From the NCBI GenBank assembly GCA_964463555.1, contig CAYXCW010000132.1:1-20989 (forward strand): a stretch of DNA of 20,989 nucleotides. Direction: 5' to 3'. A model generated the notes under the pieces. It was not told the DNA's origin. It saw only the letters and a program-made list of their open reading frames with translations, and searched no databases. A program made the translations under genes and the position numbers. Source of the stretch: an uncultured bacterium. Its GTDB lineage: Bacteria; Cyanobacteriota; Cyanobacteriia; Cyanobacteriales; Aerosakkonemataceae. The first letter of the stretch is position 1, and each line of letters starts with the position of its first letter. Of the stretch, positions 1 through 8,673 are shown piece after piece.

Positions 1-1
1 T

Positions 2-142
2 TTGCTTCGCGTTGAAATCTCGCGAATCTCTTTCCTCTTTGTCCAAAGTCCAATACCTGAACCGGCGACGATCTTAGGATTAGTAGCGGTTGCTGGTTTG
101 GGTGCGACGCTGAAGCGCAAACAGCAACAAAAAGCGCAGTAG
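2..142 (+). CDS. 3' fragment of an upstream gene, truncated by the window edge. It encodes a PEP-CTERM-type C-terminal sorting tail (...SPIPEPATILGLVAVAGLGATLKRKQQQKAQ*).
   Basis: Frame 2 is open from the window start to TAG at 140-142. The final 28 aa have a PEP motif (codons 56-64), a hydrophobic Gly/Ala/Leu-rich helix and a basic K/R tail, which is the canonical PEP-CTERM (exosortase-target) architecture. This is motif recognition only. Confidence 0.5.
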   Translation: MLRVEISRISFLFVQSPIPEPATILGLVAVAGLGATLKRKQQQKAQ

Positions 143-252
143 TAGATTCTTGTAAGATATTATGCCTCCGGTACGCTGCGCGATCGCTCACACCGCCAAC
201 AACTCGCGCTCTCAAAAAATAACCTTAGCTGTTGGCTTAACCGAATTTTGGA

Positions 253-290
253 CTGCCCTGTCTCCCACGAGACAAGGCAGTTATTGTTTT
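253..290 (+). terminator. Candidate intrinsic terminator for the upstream PEP-CTERM gene
   Basis: Hairpin CTGCCCTGTCTC-ccac-GAGACAAGGCAG (11/12 bp stem) followed by the T-rich tract ttattgtttt. Confidence 0.4.
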
Positions 291-410
291 AGGGGTGTGG
301 CGTGCCAGATCGGATCGTATGTGCCAGAGGGTGTTGGTGATGCGATCGCCCGACGCCAAACATCGTACCCCTTCAGTGGTACGCTAAAAATTAGCATTGC
401 TAAATGTTAA

Positions 411-1892
<1,482 letters not shown>

Positions 1893-1894
1893 TA

Positions 1895-1978
1895 GGGAAT
1901 TGGTAATTGGTAATTGGTAATTGGCAGAACTATTGCGATTACCGATTACCGATTACCCATTACCTATTACCTATTACC
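1895..1978. repeat. Inverted pair of tandem heptamer arrays. (GGTAATT)x4 at 1895-1922 and the complementary (GATTACC/CATTACC/TATTACC)x6 at 1937-1978 are separated by a 14 nt loop. This STRR-like long hairpin lies in the atpD-atpC intercistronic spacer.
   Basis: Direct reading of the sequence. The two arrays are reverse complements apart from single-base unit variants, giving a predicted stem of about 28 bp. Confidence 0.9.
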
Positions 1979-1995
1979 AAAGGACAGAAATTGAG

Positions 1996-2412
1996 ATGAC
2001 TTTAACCGTTCGCGTAATTGCTCCAGACAAAACTGTCTGGGATTCGAGTGCTGAAGAAATTATTTTGCCCAGCACGACGGGGCAACTCGGTATCCTCAGC
2101 GGTCACGCACCTTTGTTGACTGCTTTGGATATCGGCGTGATGCGCGTCCGCACTGGCAAGGATTGGTTTCCTATTGCCTTAATGGGCGGATTTGCGGAAG
2201 TGGAAAGCAACGAAGTGACCATTTTGGTCAATGGTGCCGAACGCAGCGATAAGATTAATCTGGACGCGGCGAGGGCTGAATATACTCAAGCTCAAGAACG
2301 TTACAACCAAGTTCAAGCTGGCGGTAACCGTCAAGAGCAAATTCAAGCAACGCAAGCTTTGAAGCGCGCCCGCGCCCGATTTCAAGCCGCTGGCGGCATG
2401 GTTCAAGTTTAA
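1996..2412 (+). CDS. atpC: F0F1 ATP synthase epsilon subunit. The ORF-track start at 1921 runs back through the heptamer repeat. The ATG at 1996 ([12 protein letters not shown]...) is the likely true start.
   Basis: N-terminal beta-sandwich motif [13 protein letters not shown]...[22 protein letters not shown], which is typical of epsilon subunits. The gene is immediately downstream of the beta subunit. AAGGA lies 11 nt upstream of the ATG. Confidence 0.92.
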   Translation: MTLTVRVIAPDKTVWDSSAEEIILPSTTGQLGILSGHAPLLTALDIGVMRVRTGKDWFPIALMGGFAEVESNEVTILVNGAERSDKINLDAARAEYTQAQERYNQVQAGGNRQEQIQATQALKRARARFQAAGGMVQV

Positions 2413-2441
2413 AACTTATCAAATTTGGATTTGTACGAGTG

Positions 2442-2476
2442 GAGATGCGATTAGTCGCATCTCTATTTTTTTTATG
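2442..2476 (+). terminator. Rho-independent terminator of the atpD-atpC operon
   Basis: Perfect 9 bp stem GAGATGCGA-ttag-TCGCATCTC followed by tATTTTTTTTa. It lies 30 bp after the atpC stop codon. Confidence 0.8.
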
Positions 2477-2510
2477 AAGGGGTTTGCGATCGCTTATCGG
2501 TAACGTCAGC

Positions 2511-2739
2511 CGGGGCGGGTTTATTTAATCTTTGGGTAGCCTTCAAACATTTCTGGTAAAACCCGCCCCTACGATGCACAACCTTTCGGCTCGAAATTGA
2601 TATTAGATTAAAAACGCGATCGCATCTTTACAATCATAGGACTTACGCAGAGAAACCGGGTTTCTATGAAAAATCGTCGGTTTGGCAACGAAAGATCCAC
2701 GCAGAAACCCGGTTTCTAGGATCTTCGCGCGTAAGTCCT
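2511..2739. repeat. Copy A of a nested-palindrome repeat family. Inverted repeat GGGGCGGGTTT(2513-2523)...AAACCCGCCCC(2559-2569). A second inverted repeat AGGACTTACGC(2638-2648)...GCGTAAGTCCT(2729-2739) follows it. That second repeat encloses the palindromic pair AGAAACCGGGTTTCT(2651-2665)/AGAAACCCGGTTTCT(2703-2717).
   Basis: Seen directly. The same GGGGCGGGTTT and AGAAACCGGGTTTCT modules recur at 16136-16252 and 18374-18493. The 35 bp between the inner palindromes (ctatgaaaaatcgtcggtttggcaacgaaagatccacgc) aligns with the corresponding spacer of copy C. Confidence 0.6.
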
Positions 2740-2912
2740 AAATCAATCTAATTTCTCGCTTAAAACCGACAATTTTGACCACAAACTCGGTTGCTGGTGG
2801 AAGCGATCGCATACCAAATATTAAGAAATTCTGTAAATCAAAGAAAGTTTTAAGAACTCGGTCAACTCCAAACTGAATTGCTAGTGTAGATACACATTGC
2901 TCCCTTTGGGGG

Positions 2913-5033
2913 ATGAATTTTTTTATGAAAAGTTTCAAAAAAAGCCATAAACTACTGGGGCTGGCAGCCTCGGTATTCGCTTCGATGGCAGTCACTTCTT
3001 TTACCCCTGCCAATGCTGCATCCCGCAACGAGTATCAGATACCGGAAAAACACGTCGCACAACAAGTGCAACCTGCTTCCCCCGTGTCCTTGCCAACTAA
3101 CAACGCTCAAATTCAAACGATGCAAGTGGTAGAACCTTGGGCGCTGATTCCCATTGTTATAGTGGGCGGTATTGTTATATTTGTGCCGCTATTTTTTGGC
3201 GGACTTGTAGTAATTGGCGAACGGGAAGTCGGTATAGTTGTAAAGAAATTTGCGCTTTCCGGTCGCGGACTGCCTCCAGGGCGTTTAATTGCTTTAAATG
3301 GGGAAGCTGGCTATCAAGCGGATACCCTAGCACCGGGATGGCATTGGGGTTATTGGCCTTGGCAATATGCTGTCCGCAAAGAAAACGTTACCGTCATCCC
3401 GCAAGGGGAAATTGCCTTAGTTGTCGCCGCCGATGGTGCTTCGATTCCCCTAGAAAGAATTTTGGGCAAAGTAGTAGATTGCGATAATTTTCAAGATGCG
3501 CGGAAATTCCTCACGAATGGCGGGGAAAAAGGGCGACAATTGGGTATTCTAACTGCTGGAACTTACCGCATCAATACGGCTTTGTTCAAGGTGATTACAG
3601 CAGCTAATGCCAATCAGCATGGCATGAGGCCGGAACATTTGCACATTCATAGCATTTCACCCGATAGAGTCGGAATTATTACCACTTTAGACGGCATTCC
3701 GATTGATGAAGGCGAAATTGCAGGCGCAATTATTCCCGGTCACGATAACTTCCAAAACGGTCAAAAATTCATCAATGGCGGCGGACGCCGAGGTTTGCAA
3801 GAGCAGGTATTATTATCTGGTTCGTGGAACTTAAATCCTTGGTTTGTCCAAGTTGAACAAGTCCCGATGACGGAAATTCCCATCGGCTATGTAGGCGTGG
3901 TAATTTCTTTCGTGGGGACGGCATCGGAAGATATCAGCGGTGCGGCTTTTACTCACGGTCATTTAGTCGAAACTGGACACAAAGGTGTGTGGGTGGAACC
4001 GCTTTATCCAGGCAAACATCCGCTGAATACGCGCGTGATGAAAGTGGAATTGGTGCCGACGACTAATATTGTGTTGAACTTTACGGCGCGAATTACTGGC
4101 GGACACGGGTACGATACCAATTTAACGGCGTTGAAATTACTGTCATTTGATGGATTTAGCTTTGATTTGGAAGTATTTCAAGTCATCCACATCGGTTCGA
4201 TGGATGCGCCAAAGGTGATTTCCCGCTTGGGTTCGATGCAAAATGTTGTAGATCAAGTTTTGCGTCCAATTGTGGGAAATTATTTCCGCAATTCTGCTCA
4301 AGAATACACGATTCTGGATTTCTTAACTGCTCGCAGCGAACGACAAGCAGAAGCGGCAGAATATGTAAAAGCGGCGTTGCGTTCTTATGATGTACAAGCG
4401 GTGGATACTTTGATTGGTTTGATTACACCGCCGCCGGAATTAATGCACACGCTAACTGAACGCAAGTTAGCGGAAGAACAGCGCAAAACTTACGAAGTGC
4501 AGCAGATGGCGCAACAGCAACGCCAGTTACTGGTGCGGGAAACGGCGCTGGCAGATATTCAGCAAGAAATGGTCAAAGCTGAGCAAAATGTTAGTATCGC
4601 CGAACAGAAAGCGAATGCCAACATTAAGCAAGCGACGGGTGAGGCGGAGTCTACTAAGTTAAAAGCAATGGCGGAAGCGGATGCTATTCGCGCTACGGGG
4701 AATGCGAAGGCGGAAGCTTATCGCGCTGGTGTGGAGGCGTTGGGGGCGCAGGGTTACACTTCGATGCAGTTGATGCAAATTGTAGGCGATCGCAAGGTGC
4801 GCTTAATCCCCGATGTGTTGGTTAACGGTAACAATGGCGGTAATGGTTTGGTTGATGGTTTGCTCACCATGCTGTTGTGGAATCAATCTGAAAAATCCCA
4901 TAACGGCACCCCGCCGGAAGTGCCAAAAGTATCGGGTACGGATGCAATAGTTCCTTCCCTGGATAAACCTCCGGTAATTCCGGTTGAGATTCGACCTAAA
5001 CCAAACGGTCAACCTCCATCAAGTCGTCAATAA
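2913..5033 (+). CDS. Flotillin-like SPFH/band-7 family protein. It has an N-terminal signal peptide, one TM helix and a Pro-rich C-terminal tail.
   Basis: 706 aa. The N terminus is MNFFMKSFKKSHKLLGLAASVFASMAVTSFTPANAA, followed by the TM helix LIPIVIVGGIVIFVPLFFGGLVVI. An SPFH-like core begins at EREVGIVVKKF...LAPGWHW. The C-terminal Glu/Ala/Gln-rich heptad region (AEEQRKTYEVQQMAQQQRQLL...AEADAIRATGNAKAEAYRAGVEALGAQG) is characteristic of flotillins. Confidence 0.85.
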   Translation: MNFFMKSFKKSHKLLGLAASVFASMAVTSFTPANAASRNEYQIPEKHVAQQVQPASPVSLPTNNAQIQTMQVVEPWALIPIVIVGGIVIFVPLFFGGLVVIGEREVGIVVKKFALSGRGLPPGRLIALNGEAGYQADTLAPGWHWGYWPWQYAVRKENVTVIPQGEIALVVAADGASIPLERILGKVVDCDNFQDARKFLTNGGEKGRQLGILTAGTYRINTALFKVITAANANQHGMRPEHLHIHSISPDRVGIITTLDGIPIDEGEIAGAIIPGHDNFQNGQKFINGGGRRGLQEQVLLSGSWNLNPWFVQVEQVPMTEIPIGYVGVVISFVGTASEDISGAAFTHGHLVETGHKGVWVEPLYPGKHPLNTRVMKVELVPTTNIVLNFTARITGGHGYDTNLTALKLLSFDGFSFDLEVFQVIHIGSMDAPKVISRLGSMQNVVDQVLRPIVGNYFRNSAQEYTILDFLTARSERQAEAAEYVKAALRSYDVQAVDTLIGLITPPPELMHTLTERKLAEEQRKTYEVQQMAQQQRQLLVRETALADIQQEMVKAEQNVSIAEQKANANIKQATGEAESTKLKAMAEADAIRATGNAKAEAYRAGVEALGAQGYTSMQLMQIVGDRKVRLIPDVLVNGNNGGNGLVDGLLTMLLWNQSEKSHNGTPPEVPKVSGTDAIVPSLDKPPVIPVEIRPKPNGQPPSSRQ

Positions 5034-5088
5034 TCAAGGCAGAAACCAGCGTTTTTTGAACAATATCTTCGCCAATTATCTGCAACGC

Positions 5089-5199
5089 CTACACCCTAAA
5101 GGGTGTGGCTACATAAACGAAGCCTGCCTACGCAGGCTTAAATCAAAACCAGCCCGCCTTCGCGGGCTTTGTTTGTCAAGCGCGCACCCTTCAGGGTGC
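5089..5199. repeat. Cluster of four short GC-rich hairpins with overall mirror (inverted-repeat) symmetry. H1 5089-5108 is ACACCC-taaa-GGGTGT. H2 5121-5138 is GCCTGC-ctac-GCAGGC. H3 5151-5168 is AGCCCGC-cttc-GCGGGCT and is followed by tttgtttgt. H4 5184-5199 is GCACCCT-tc-AGGGTGC.
   Basis: Read directly. H1 resembles H4 and H2 resembles H3. The reverse complement of the right half aligns with the left half, including the inter-hairpin spacers. H3 plus its T-rich tail is a plausible terminator for the flotillin gene. Confidence 0.7.
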
Positions 5200-5248
5200 C
5201 GGATTGTGGCGAAGGTATGATTAAGCCCGTATCAATCGCTAATCACTA

Positions 5249-7204
5249 ATGGCTTTAAACAATCGTTACCGCATAATTGAATTAATTGCTCAAGGCGGAT
5301 TTAGCAAAACTTTCCTGGCTGTGGATGAGCTTAAATCGCCAGCTTTAAGTTGTGTCGTTAAACAATTTTTAGTTCAAAGTCAAGAAAAAAATATAACAAT
5401 CTTTGAAGAGGAAGCAAGGAAACTGAAGGAATTGGGGCAGCATCCGCAAATTCCGGCGCTGTTAGATTTTTTTGAGTCAGATGGATTTTTTTATTGGGTG
5501 CAAGAGTTTGTTGATGGGATGAATTTGGCTAAGGTGGTTGAGTTAGAAGGCGTTCTTAATGAGTCGCAGGTTTGGGATTTGTTGAATAATCTGTTACCTG
5601 TTTTGAAGTTTATTCACGATCGTGATGTTATTCATGGGGATATTAAACCAGCAAATATTCTTCGAGTTGGAAGCAAGGCGGAGCCTTGGGGAAGGCGTTC
5701 TCCGGGCTTACCGCCTGGGAACGAGAAGGTGGGGCAGTTTGTATTGGTCGGTTTTGGAAATGGTATGGGGAGTGCGGAATATGTCGCGCCGGAACAATTG
5801 CAGGGGAAGGCGGTTTTTGCTAGCGATCTTTATAGTTTGGGGGTAACTTGTTTTTATCTGTTGACTGGGGTTTCTCCGTTTAATTTATCGCCTGGGATAT
5901 GGACAGAATACTTGCAGGAGAAAATAAGCGATCGCTTCTCCCACATCCTCGATAAACTCCTACAAAATGACCCCAAGCAACGCTTTCAATCCGCAGATGA
6001 AGTTATGAGAATAATGGGGACAAAACCCCAAATCTCAAATCTCAAATCTCAACTCTCAAATTCCCTATGTTTGCAAACTCTCACCGGGCATGGGGGTTTA
6101 TTTTCGGGGGTGAATTCTGTTGCTATTAGTCCCGATAATCAAGTTTTAGCTAGCGGTAGCGATGATAAATCAATTCGCTTGTGGAATGTTGCGACGGGGG
6201 AAGTAATAGCCACTCTCGTCGGGCATACAGGCTTTGTTCAATCTGTTGCTTTTAGCCCGGATGGAGCTATTCTCGCTTCGGGTAGCGATGATAAAATGAT
6301 TAAACTCTGGGACTTACAAACTTATCAAGAAATTTGTACCTTATCCGAACATTCGCGCGCTGTTAAATCGGTGACATTCAGTCCGATCCCCCCCCAACCC
6401 CCCCTTGCCAAGGGGGGGCAGTTCGATCCCCCACTGGCTCAGGGGGGGCAGTTCGATCCCCCCCAACCCCCCCTTGCTAAGGGGGGGCAGTTCGATCCCC
6501 CACTGGCTCAGGGGGGGCAGTTCGATCCCCCCCAACCCCCCCTTGCTAAGGGGGGGCAGTTCGATCTCCCCAACCCTGCGGATCAAAAAAGCACCGTATC
6601 CGTTGGCTTCCCCCTTTTTAAGGGGGATGGGAGGGGGATCTTCGCTAGTGGGAGTTGGGATAAAACGATTAAATTATGGGATTTGAAGGCAAAAAAGGCC
6701 ATCTGCACGCTAACTGGACATCAATTGCAGGTGACTTGCGTAAGTTTTAGCCCTGATGGACGCTATCTTGCTAGTGCCAGTTTTGACAGAACTGTACGGT
6801 TGTGGGATTTGCAAAACTGGGAATTATTGACGCATCAAATTTTTAAAGGGCATTCTTGGCCTGTTTTTTCGGTGGCTTTTAGTCCCAAGGGGGATATTCT
6901 CGCCACGGGTAGCGGTGATAACACAATTAAATTGTGGGACTTAAAAACCGGGCAAGAAATTCGCACGATTTTGGGTCACTCTTGGTCTGTGGTGGCGATC
7001 GCTTTTTCTCCGGATGGGGAGACTTTGATTAGCGGCAGTTGGGATAAAACTGTCAAACTTTGGCAGGTTAGTACTGGCAAAGAAATTGATACCCTTGCTG
7101 GGCATTTAGACGCGGTTTCCACTGTTGCCGTTAGCCCTAACGGACAAATTATTGCCAGTGGCAGCAAGGATAAAACTATCAAATTGTGGCGGCGCGATGC
7201 TTAG
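5249..7204 (+). CDS. Ser/Thr-protein-kinase-like domain fused to a C-terminal WD40 beta-propeller. The kinase motifs are degenerate, so this is a predicted pseudokinase or atypical kinase.
   Basis: 651 aa. The kinase fold retains the G-loop AQGGFSKT, the Lys in VVKQF and the APE motif YVAPEQ. The catalytic loop is [10 protein letters not shown], not HRD. The position expected for DFG reads VGFGNG. About 25 aa are inserted between the catalytic loop and that position. At least 7 WD40 repeats follow, each ending in the WD40 consensus [15 protein letters not shown]. Confidence 0.9.
   Translation: MALNNRYRIIELIAQGGFSKTFLAVDELKSPALSCVVKQFLVQSQEKNITIFEEEARKLKELGQHPQIPALLDFFESDGFFYWVQEFVDGMNLAKVVELEGVLNESQVWDLLNNLLPVLKFIHDRDVIHGDIKPANILRVGSKAEPWGRRSPGLPPGNEKVGQFVLVGFGNGMGSAEYVAPEQLQGKAVFASDLYSLGVTCFYLLTGVSPFNLSPGIWTEYLQEKISDRFSHILDKLLQNDPKQRFQSADEVMRIMGTKPQISNLKSQLSNSLCLQTLTGHGGLFSGVNSVAISPDNQVLASGSDDKSIRLWNVATGEVIATLVGHTGFVQSVAFSPDGAILASGSDDKMIKLWDLQTYQEICTLSEHSRAVKSVTFSPIPPQPPLAKGGQFDPPLAQGGQFDPPQPPLAKGGQFDPPLAQGGQFDPPQPPLAKGGQFDLPNPADQKSTVSVGFPLFKGDGRGIFASGSWDKTIKLWDLKAKKAICTLTGHQLQVTCVSFSPDGRYLASASFDRTVRLWDLQNWELLTHQIFKGHSWPVFSVAFSPKGDILATGSGDNTIKLWDLKTGQEIRTILGHSWSVVAIAFSPDGETLISGSWDKTVKLWQVSTGKEIDTLAGHLDAVSTVAVSPNGQIIASGSKDKTIKLWRRDA
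6385..6645. repeat. Intragenic, in-frame palindromic repeat array inside the WD40 gene. Alternating 39 bp and 30 bp units form a 69 bp (23 codon) period present about 2.5 times, followed by a degenerate CCCCC-tttttaa-GGGGG hairpin at 6611-6627. The 39 bp unit is gatc-C7-aa-C7-TTGCCAA-G7-cagttc. The 30 bp unit is gatc-C5-actggctca-G7-cagttc.
   Basis: Read directly. The array encodes [23 protein letters not shown] repeats. These sit in the loop between WD40 blades, between SVTFSP and [16 protein letters not shown]. The reading frame is preserved. Confidence 0.85.
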
Positions 7205-7518
7205 TTGCTGCCAGTAAATGCCACTTCTGGGAATTTAGATTGCGCTTCTGACATGGGGCGGCGCTTGCCTTCCTCTTGCCAGTAGTCAATCACTTCGGTG
7301 GCTTTATTGAGCATTTCGACGCGGTCGATATCGGAAATCCAGTGCTTGGACTCCAACTCACTTTTTAACTCTTCCCATGCATCATTTCGAGGCCAGAAAA
7401 AGTATTTGGTTAAAGGACTGGTTCCTTTACCTACTACTTGGTCAACCGCGATCGCAACATCCTTCTCTAGCCAGAGAACCTTTAAAATAAACTTCGACAA
7501 GCACACCTCCGGGTTCAT
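7201..7518 (-). CDS. Hypothetical small protein (105 aa). It is convergent with the WD40 gene, overlapping its stop by 4 bp, and divergent from the HAD gene.
   Basis: Non-repetitive ORF with a protein-like, mixed charged/hydrophobic composition. No recognisable motif and no clear SD sequence. Confidence 0.45.
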   Translation of the reverse strand: MNPEVCLSKFILKVLWLEKDVAIAVDQVVGKGTSPLTKYFFWPRNDAWEELKSELESKHWISDIDRVEMLNKATEVIDYWQEEGKRRPMSEAQSKFPEVAFTGSN

Positions 7519-7595
7519 CCCAGATTCTTTACAACTCTACAACCTTATTATTATATCGTATCTATTGCCGGTTGATTAAAACGGGGAAGGCAGTA

Positions 7596-8357
7596 ATGAC
7601 TCCGATTGTGGTTTTTGATATTGATGGTGTCGTGCGCGATGTGGGAGGGTCTTATCGGAGAGCGATCGCAGATACGGTAGAATATTTTACCAATAATGCT
7701 TATCGTCCTACGGTGGAAGACCTCGACCGCCTTAAATCGGAAGGCATCTGGAATAATGATTGGGAAGCGTCGCAAGAGCTAGTTTATCGTTATTTTGAGG
7801 CGCAGGGACGGCAAAGAACGCACATTCCGCTCAATTATGACGACCTGGTTGCTTTTTTCCAATCGCGGTATCGCGGTGCAAATTGGGATGGTTATATCTG
7901 TTCCGAAGCGTTACTGTTGCAACCAAGTTATTTTGAACAACTCACGAATGCGGGAATTCGCTGGGGATTTTTTAGCGGCGCACCCCGCGAGGAAGCGATG
8001 TATGTTTTATCCCGACTCGGTTTAAACTCTCCCGTGTTAGTTGCAATGGAAGATGCACCGGGAAAACCCGATCCCACAGGTTTATTTGCCACTGTGCGTC
8101 AACTTGAGGAAGCGTCATCGGTAATTTACGTAGGTGACACGGTGGCGGATATGTACGTGGTGGAAAAGGCGCGTAACTTGCAAGACAACCGCACCTGGAT
8201 TGCTGTAGGAATTTTACCGCCCCACGTTCTGGAAACACCACTACGCCTGGATGCCTATACTGCTACTCTGCAACAAGCGGGTGCTGCTATAGTTTTGAAC
8301 AATGTGCAGGAATTGACGCCAGCGAAAATTTACGGATTGCTTGATATAGATTTATAG
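7596..8357 (+). CDS. HAD-superfamily hydrolase (phosphatase-like). The ORF track begins at a TTG at 7572. The ATG at 7596, preceded by GGGGAAGG, is preferred.
   Basis: N-terminal motif I VVFDIDGVVRD (DxDG[TV]). A C-terminal YVGDTVADM segment resembles the HAD motif III/IV Asp region. Confidence 0.7.
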   Translation: MTPIVVFDIDGVVRDVGGSYRRAIADTVEYFTNNAYRPTVEDLDRLKSEGIWNNDWEASQELVYRYFEAQGRQRTHIPLNYDDLVAFFQSRYRGANWDGYICSEALLLQPSYFEQLTNAGIRWGFFSGAPREEAMYVLSRLGLNSPVLVAMEDAPGKPDPTGLFATVRQLEEASSVIYVGDTVADMYVVEKARNLQDNRTWIAVGILPPHVLETPLRLDAYTATLQQAGAAIVLNNVQELTPAKIYGLLDIDL

Positions 8358-8380
8358 GTAGCGATCGCTCAAAAACCTGT

Positions 8381-8506
8381 GGAAAATACGGATATTTTTC
8401 TAGTTACCCCGTGTTTTTCCCTGGTAATATACAGTTCATTTGTTCGCGCATCCGTATTTTCCGCAATCAAAAAGCGCGCTCGATAAAACTTTGTTGATTT
8501 ATCGAG
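8381..8506. promoter_or_regulatory. Candidate operator/promoter region upstream of the large sensor-kinase gene. It holds a perfect 13 bp inverted repeat, GGAAAATACGGAT (8381-8393) / ATCCGTATTTTCC (8450-8462). It also holds a 9 bp inverted repeat, CTCGATAAA (8480-8488) / TTTATCGAG (8498-8506). A TATAAT lies at 8562-8567.
   Basis: Seen in sequence. The 316 bp intergenic region is AT-rich. No convincing -35 element was found, so a promoter role is inferred only. Confidence 0.3.
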
Positions 8507-8673
8507 ATAATTATACATATAATAAAACAGCAATATCAAAATCTCTATTTTGAGATAGCCGTATAATTTTAACTGATTTTAGTAAGTTTTTTATTGGCTA
8601 AGGGTGCAGGCTAAGCGAGAAAAATATCGATCCTAGAAAACTATTGCCCTGAAAGTGGTGTAGGTAAGGAAAT

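Noticed and set aside
162-410. 82-aa ORF upstream of atpD
   Set aside because: Composition is not protein-like (Cys/Arg/Ser-rich). It has no RBS, overlaps the predicted terminator hairpin and lies in the atpD leader. It is most likely a spurious intergenic ORF.
1921-1995. ORF-track start of atpC at 1921
   Set aside because: It reads through the heptamer repeat ([13 protein letters not shown]). Epsilon subunits begin at the conserved MTLTVRV... found at the 1996 ATG.
6385-6566. tRNA T-arm-like motif GGGGGGG-CAGTTCGATCC-CCCCC repeated in the array
   Set aside because: It resembles GGTTCGAATCC T-loops, but no acceptor, D or anticodon arms exist around it. It is simply one folding register of the C7/G7 repeat.
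6341-6686. Overlapping ORFs 6341..6586 (-) and 6405..6686 (+) encoding [10 protein letters not shown] / GGSSIP repeats
   Set aside because: They arise only because the palindromic C7/G7 repeat array is open in several frames. They lie entirely inside the WD40 gene, whose own frame is continuous.
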